The position numbers and the translations under genes were made by a program. Below, piece by piece: positions 34,166-36,818 of a stretch of DNA of 36,818 nt. The notes beneath the pieces are model-generated. The model was not told the origin of the DNA and did not search any database. It saw nothing but the letters and a program-made list of their open reading frames with translations. Location of the stretch: the NCBI GenBank assembly GCA_964371745.1, contig CAYJNS010000003.1, positions 1 to 36,818 on the forward strand. Reading direction: 5' to 3'. Source of the DNA: an uncultured Muribaculaceae bacterium. GTDB lineage: Bacteria; Bacillota_I; Bacilli_A; RF39; UBA660. Position 1 is the stretch's first letter, and each line of letters starts with the position of its first letter.

Positions 34166-35182
34166 ATGAACGTAATAATATCAAATAAATATCAAACACT
34201 TTTAGCAACTCTGGATATAGATGTTATAAAAGTAATTAATGGAGTGTTTACTTCAGAAGATATAATTAATCAATTTAGTAATTTTTTCTATAATAAAATG
34301 ATTATAGATATAACTGCAATTGGAGATTATCAAAATATTAATGTTATTAGAAATTTAACTATGAATTTAGATATGAGCAAGGTTATATTTTTACTAGATG
34401 ATTCAGTTGAAGTCAATGCACCTAAATATTTATCGCAATTAGTTTCAATGGGTATATATAACTTTACTAGTAAACCTGATATAGTAAAGTTTTTGATTGA
34501 TAATCCAAATCAATATAAGGATGTTGCAAATTATCAACAATTATCTACTGAAGGATCAACAGATGCTCCAGCTCCAGCTCCGAATAATATATTTAATTCA
34601 AATGCTGCACAACCACAACAAAAAATGGTACAGCAAAGAATTATAGGTCTTAAAAATGTAACAGATCATTCAGGATCTACAACTTTAGCCTATATTATGA
34701 GTAAACATTTAAGTAAATTATATAAAGTAAAAACAGTAGAAGTAGATTCATATGATTTTACTAATTTAAATGATAAAACGTTGGAAAGTATAGCTTCTAA
34801 TACGTTATCGAATTATATTACATCTAATATAGATAGTGAAATTATTATAGTTGATTTAAATAAATATGAAGGGGAAGGTATATGCTCTGAAATATTATAT
34901 TTAATTGAACCGGGTATGATTAAATTAAATAAATTAATTAAACAAGACGAAAAAATATTTGATAAATTAAAGGGTAAAAAAATTATTCTTAATAGAAGTG
35001 TATTAACCGCTAAAGATGTATCAGATTTTGAAAAAGAAAGTGGTAGTAAAATATACTTTAATCTACCAAATTTAGATGATAAACTTGAGCATGATAAAAC
35101 TGTAGTTGGATTTTTAATTGCACTAGGTTTTGCTAGATTTAGTGAAAATGATAATAAAGGCGGCTTATTTAACATGTTTTAA
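34166..35182 (+). CDS. TadZ/CpaE-like protein: receiver-like N-domain plus a ParA/MinD-like domain with a degenerate Walker A
   Basis: RBS AGGAGG. N-terminal ~110-aa alpha/beta-like domain, a low-complexity linker (DAPAPAPNN...QPQQK), then IGLKNVTDHSGSTTLAYIMSKHL where a MinD-type KGGxGK[ST] would sit, and later IIIVDL. Confidence 0.45.
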   Translation: MNVIISNKYQTLLATLDIDVIKVINGVFTSEDIINQFSNFFYNKMIIDITAIGDYQNINVIRNLTMNLDMSKVIFLLDDSVEVNAPKYLSQLVSMGIYNFTSKPDIVKFLIDNPNQYKDVANYQQLSTEGSTDAPAPAPNNIFNSNAAQPQQKMVQQRIIGLKNVTDHSGSTTLAYIMSKHLSKLYKVKTVEVDSYDFTNLNDKTLESIASNTLSNYITSNIDSEIIIVDLNKYEGEGICSEILYLIEPGMIKLNKLIKQDEKIFDKLKGKKIILNRSVLTAKDVSDFEKESGSKIYFNLPNLDDKLEHDKTVVGFLIALGFARFSENDNKGGLFNMF

Positions 35183-35203
35183 TGTAAAGTATTTACATTA
35201 TAG

Positions 35204-35232
35204 TTGACTAAAGTCTAAAAGTTAGATAGAAT
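35204..35232 (+). promoter_or_regulatory. Putative sigma-A promoter for the 119-aa membrane protein gene
   Basis: TTGACT (35204-35209), 17-nt spacer, TAGAAT (35227-35232). Preceded by the hairpin aatgtaaa/tttacatt (35181-35199). Confidence 0.5.
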
Positions 35233-35258
35233 ATATATAGAAAGAGGAGTGATTTTTA

Positions 35259-35618
35259 ATGATTGCAAATTTAGGTTTTTGTAGTTCTACAGTAGAAGTT
35301 TGGGATTTTATTGGAACATTTATTACAGTACTTAAAATTGTTATACCAATAATTATAATAATTATGGGGGCAATTGATTTAGGAAAGGCTGTAATAGCAA
35401 CTAAAGAAGATGAAATTAAAAAAGCATCAACGTCTTTATTTAAAAGACTTATTGCTGGATTAATAATATTCTTTATACCAACTATTGTTAATGCTGTATT
35501 TGGTCTTGTTAGTTCATTTTCAGAAGTAGAAAGTGATTACCAAGTATGTTTTGATTGTATAGCTGGTAATAGTGATGGTTGCGTGGCAACTGATGATGAG
35601 TCAGATGATGAAGAATAA
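35259..35618 (+). CDS. Small 2-TM membrane protein with an acidic Cys-containing tail (VirB2/TrbC-like topology; family not established)
   Basis: RBS AGAGGAG. TM1 FIGTFITVLKIVIPIIIIIMGAI, loop DLGKAVIATKEDEIKKASTSLFKR, TM2 LIAGLIIFFIPTIVNAVFGLV, tail YQVCFDCIAGNSDGCVATDDESDDEE. Confidence 0.6.
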   Translation: MIANLGFCSSTVEVWDFIGTFITVLKIVIPIIIIIMGAIDLGKAVIATKEDEIKKASTSLFKRLIAGLIIFFIPTIVNAVFGLVSSFSEVESDYQVCFDCIAGNSDGCVATDDESDDEE

Positions 35619-35640
35619 CTGTTTTTAACAGTTTTTTTTT
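35617..35640 (+). terminator. Rho-independent terminator closing the locus
   Basis: aactgtt (35617-35623) / aacagtt (35627-35633) with loop ttt, followed by T7. Confidence 0.75.
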
Positions 35641-35661
35641 ACAATAAAAAACAACAATTTC

Positions 35662-36075
35662 TTAATTAATTGTTGTTATTAAAAATTCATTGTTATTATT
35701 ACAATCTAATTGAACTCTTAAACTATAATCGTTATCATTTACTTTTGTTATTTTAGCATAACTATTATTTAAATTACAATTATCTTCATTGTAAGTAAAT
35801 TCTTTTAATATCTCTTTATTTAATATCTCGCTTAATGAAATAGTATCTTCTCCATTAAGAACGTTAGGTTTATCAACTTTATAATGTGTAATTACAGCTA
35901 ATTTAAAGTTATCTAGATTAGTGTTAAATTCTTTTTCTTCATCACTTATTGGTGCATTAGCTTTAGTGGTAAATGTAAATAATAAAACAGCAATTATAAT
36001 AGCAAAAATACAAATAGCAATCTTAATAATTGTTGTATTAACTGGTTTATTATCTTTAGGTACATCTTCATACAT
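35662..36075 (-). CDS. Hypothetical N-terminally anchored protein (137 aa)
   Basis: Strong minus-strand RBS AAGGAGG. A single TM helix (IIKIAICIFAIIIAVLLFTF) followed by a soluble domain with 2 Cys. Confidence 0.65.
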   Translation of the reverse strand: MYEDVPKDNKPVNTTIIKIAICIFAIIIAVLLFTFTTKANAPISDEEKEFNTNLDNFKLAVITHYKVDKPNVLNGEDTISLSEILNKEILKEFTYNEDNCNLNNSYAKITKVNDNDYSLRVQLDCNNNNEFLITTIN

Positions 36076-36216
36076 ATTAGCGCCTCCTTAATAATTTATG
36101 AATAATATTCTAACACAATTATTTATTAAAGTCAATATAAAGTGATAAGTTTGATACTAGAAAAAACAATTGATATTTTTCTATAATTATGATAAATTTA
36201 TATAAAGGAGATATAT

Positions 36217-36818
36217 ATGACATTAATAATAGATAACTTAAATAAAAGTTATGGTAATAAAAAAGTAGTAAAAGATTTAAATTTAGTTATAGATAAACCT
36301 TGTGTATATGGTTTACTTGGAACAAATGGAGCTGGTAAAACAACTACAATAAGAATGATTTTAGGAATATTAAAAAAAGAAAGTGGAAATGTTTTTTGGA
36401 AAGATAAAGAAGTAGACAGAAAAAAAGTGAACTTTGGTTATTTACCAGAAGAAAGAGGTTTATATCCCAAAACTAAGATTTATGATCAAATAGTTTATTT
36501 TGCTAAGTTAAAAGGCATGAAAATAGATGATATAAATAAAAAGTTAGATTACTGGTTAAAAAAATTAAAGATTGAAGAGTATAAATATATGAAACCGGAA
36601 GCTTTGTCTAAAGGTAATCAGCAAAAAGTTCAATTTTTAATATCTGTTCTTCATGATCCAGAGTTAATTGTACTTGATGAGCCATTTAGTGGACTTGATC
36701 CAGTTAATACAGAACTTCTTAAAAATATAATTGAAAAATTAGTAAAGAAAAAAAAATATATTATAATGTCTAGTCACCAAATGTCTACAATTGAAGAGTT
36801 TGCTAGTGAAGTATTAAT
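36217..36818 (+). CDS. ABC transporter ATP-binding protein, 3'-truncated by the window end
   Basis: ATG 36217 follows AAAGGAG. Walker A GTNGAGKTTT, signature LSKGNQQK, Walker B LIVLDEPFSGLD. Absent from the ORF track because no stop codon lies within the window. Confidence 0.9.
   Translation, partial: MTLIIDNLNKSYGNKKVVKDLNLVIDKPCVYGLLGTNGAGKTTTIRMILGILKKESGNVFWKDKEVDRKKVNFGYLPEERGLYPKTKIYDQIVYFAKLKGMKIDDINKKLDYWLKKLKIEEYKYMKPEALSKGNQQKVQFLISVLHDPELIVLDEPFSGLDPVNTELLKNIIEKLVKKKKYIIMSSHQMSTIEEFASEVL

Noticed and set aside
3291-35175. Seventeen 60-146-aa ORFs in the track lie antisense to or out of frame with long genes: 3291-3554, 5068-5262, 5328-5537, 6810-7079, 7864-8073, 8164-8403, 8387-8572, 9958-10173, 11909-12349, 13374-13613, 19097-19321, 19439-19687, 27957-28232, 29965-30207, 31499-31693, 32195-32578 and 34813-35175.
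   Set aside because: Each lies wholly or largely inside a longer, well-supported CDS on the opposite strand or in another frame. They lack convincing RBSs and have the Ile/Leu/Phe/Ser-rich composition expected of shadow ORFs in AT-rich DNA.
28547-35618. Reading the locus as a conjugative type IV secretion system, based on a VirB11-like ATPase plus a VirB2-like small protein.
   Set aside because: There is no VirB4, VirD4 coupling protein, relaxase or VirB6-like gene. Instead there are a CpaB-like SAF protein, a TadB/TadC-type platform pair, short pilin-like genes and a TadZ-like protein, which together fit a Tad/Flp system.
20043-35640. The Tad/A-B locus as a recently acquired genomic island or mobile element.
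   Set aside because: No integrase, transposase, flanking direct repeats or tRNA-adjacent insertion are visible. The base composition looks similar to the housekeeping flanks by eye, although I did not compute it. Horizontal origin cannot be excluded without comparative genomes.
1-36818. Possible Mycoplasma-type genetic code (TGA = Trp), given the extreme AT content.
   Set aside because: Conserved proteins (AspRS, RecA, RNase J, FtsY, ArgS) are full length under the standard code. Trp is encoded by TGG. TGA serves as a stop at trmB, which is followed by a terminator, and at the A1/B1, A2/B2 and 33696 ATGA junctions.

Overview
This is a very AT-rich, standard-code (TGA is a stop) chromosomal segment from a low-GC monoderm (Bacillota-like) bacterium. 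Nearly all genes are on the + strand. Positions 1-20000 are housekeeping: a tRNA 3' end, a T-box leader plus aspS, a Bacillus-type dnaB-dnaI pair, recA with a LexA-like box, rny, rnj, ftsY-ylxM, a Tam41-like CDP-DAG synthase homologue, a D-Ala-D-Ala carboxypeptidase, argS, cse60 and trmB, plus several unassignable small or membrane proteins. Positions 20043-35640 hold the stand-out feature, a block of 15 co-oriented, tightly packed genes. It begins with two tandem paralogous copies of a two-gene module that I cannot assign to any family. Each module has a ~250-aa signal-peptide, C-tail-anchored protein (A) translationally coupled by an ATGA overlap to a giant secreted Cys-rich protein (B; 1334 and 951 aa, both ending in IGGPSWK). 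Only 13 nt downstream comes a Tad/Flp-like (type IVc) pilus gene set: a CpaB-like protein, a CpaF/TadA ATPase, TadB- and TadC-like proteins, two atypical Cys-rich pilin-like genes behind their own consensus promoter, pseudopilin-like proteins, and a TadZ-like protein with a degenerate Walker A. A small 2-TM protein follows. No prepilin peptidase, sortase signal, integrase or transposase is visible. All functional assignments rest on motifs read by eye, since no database search was possible. The window ends in a partial ABC-transporter ATPase gene.
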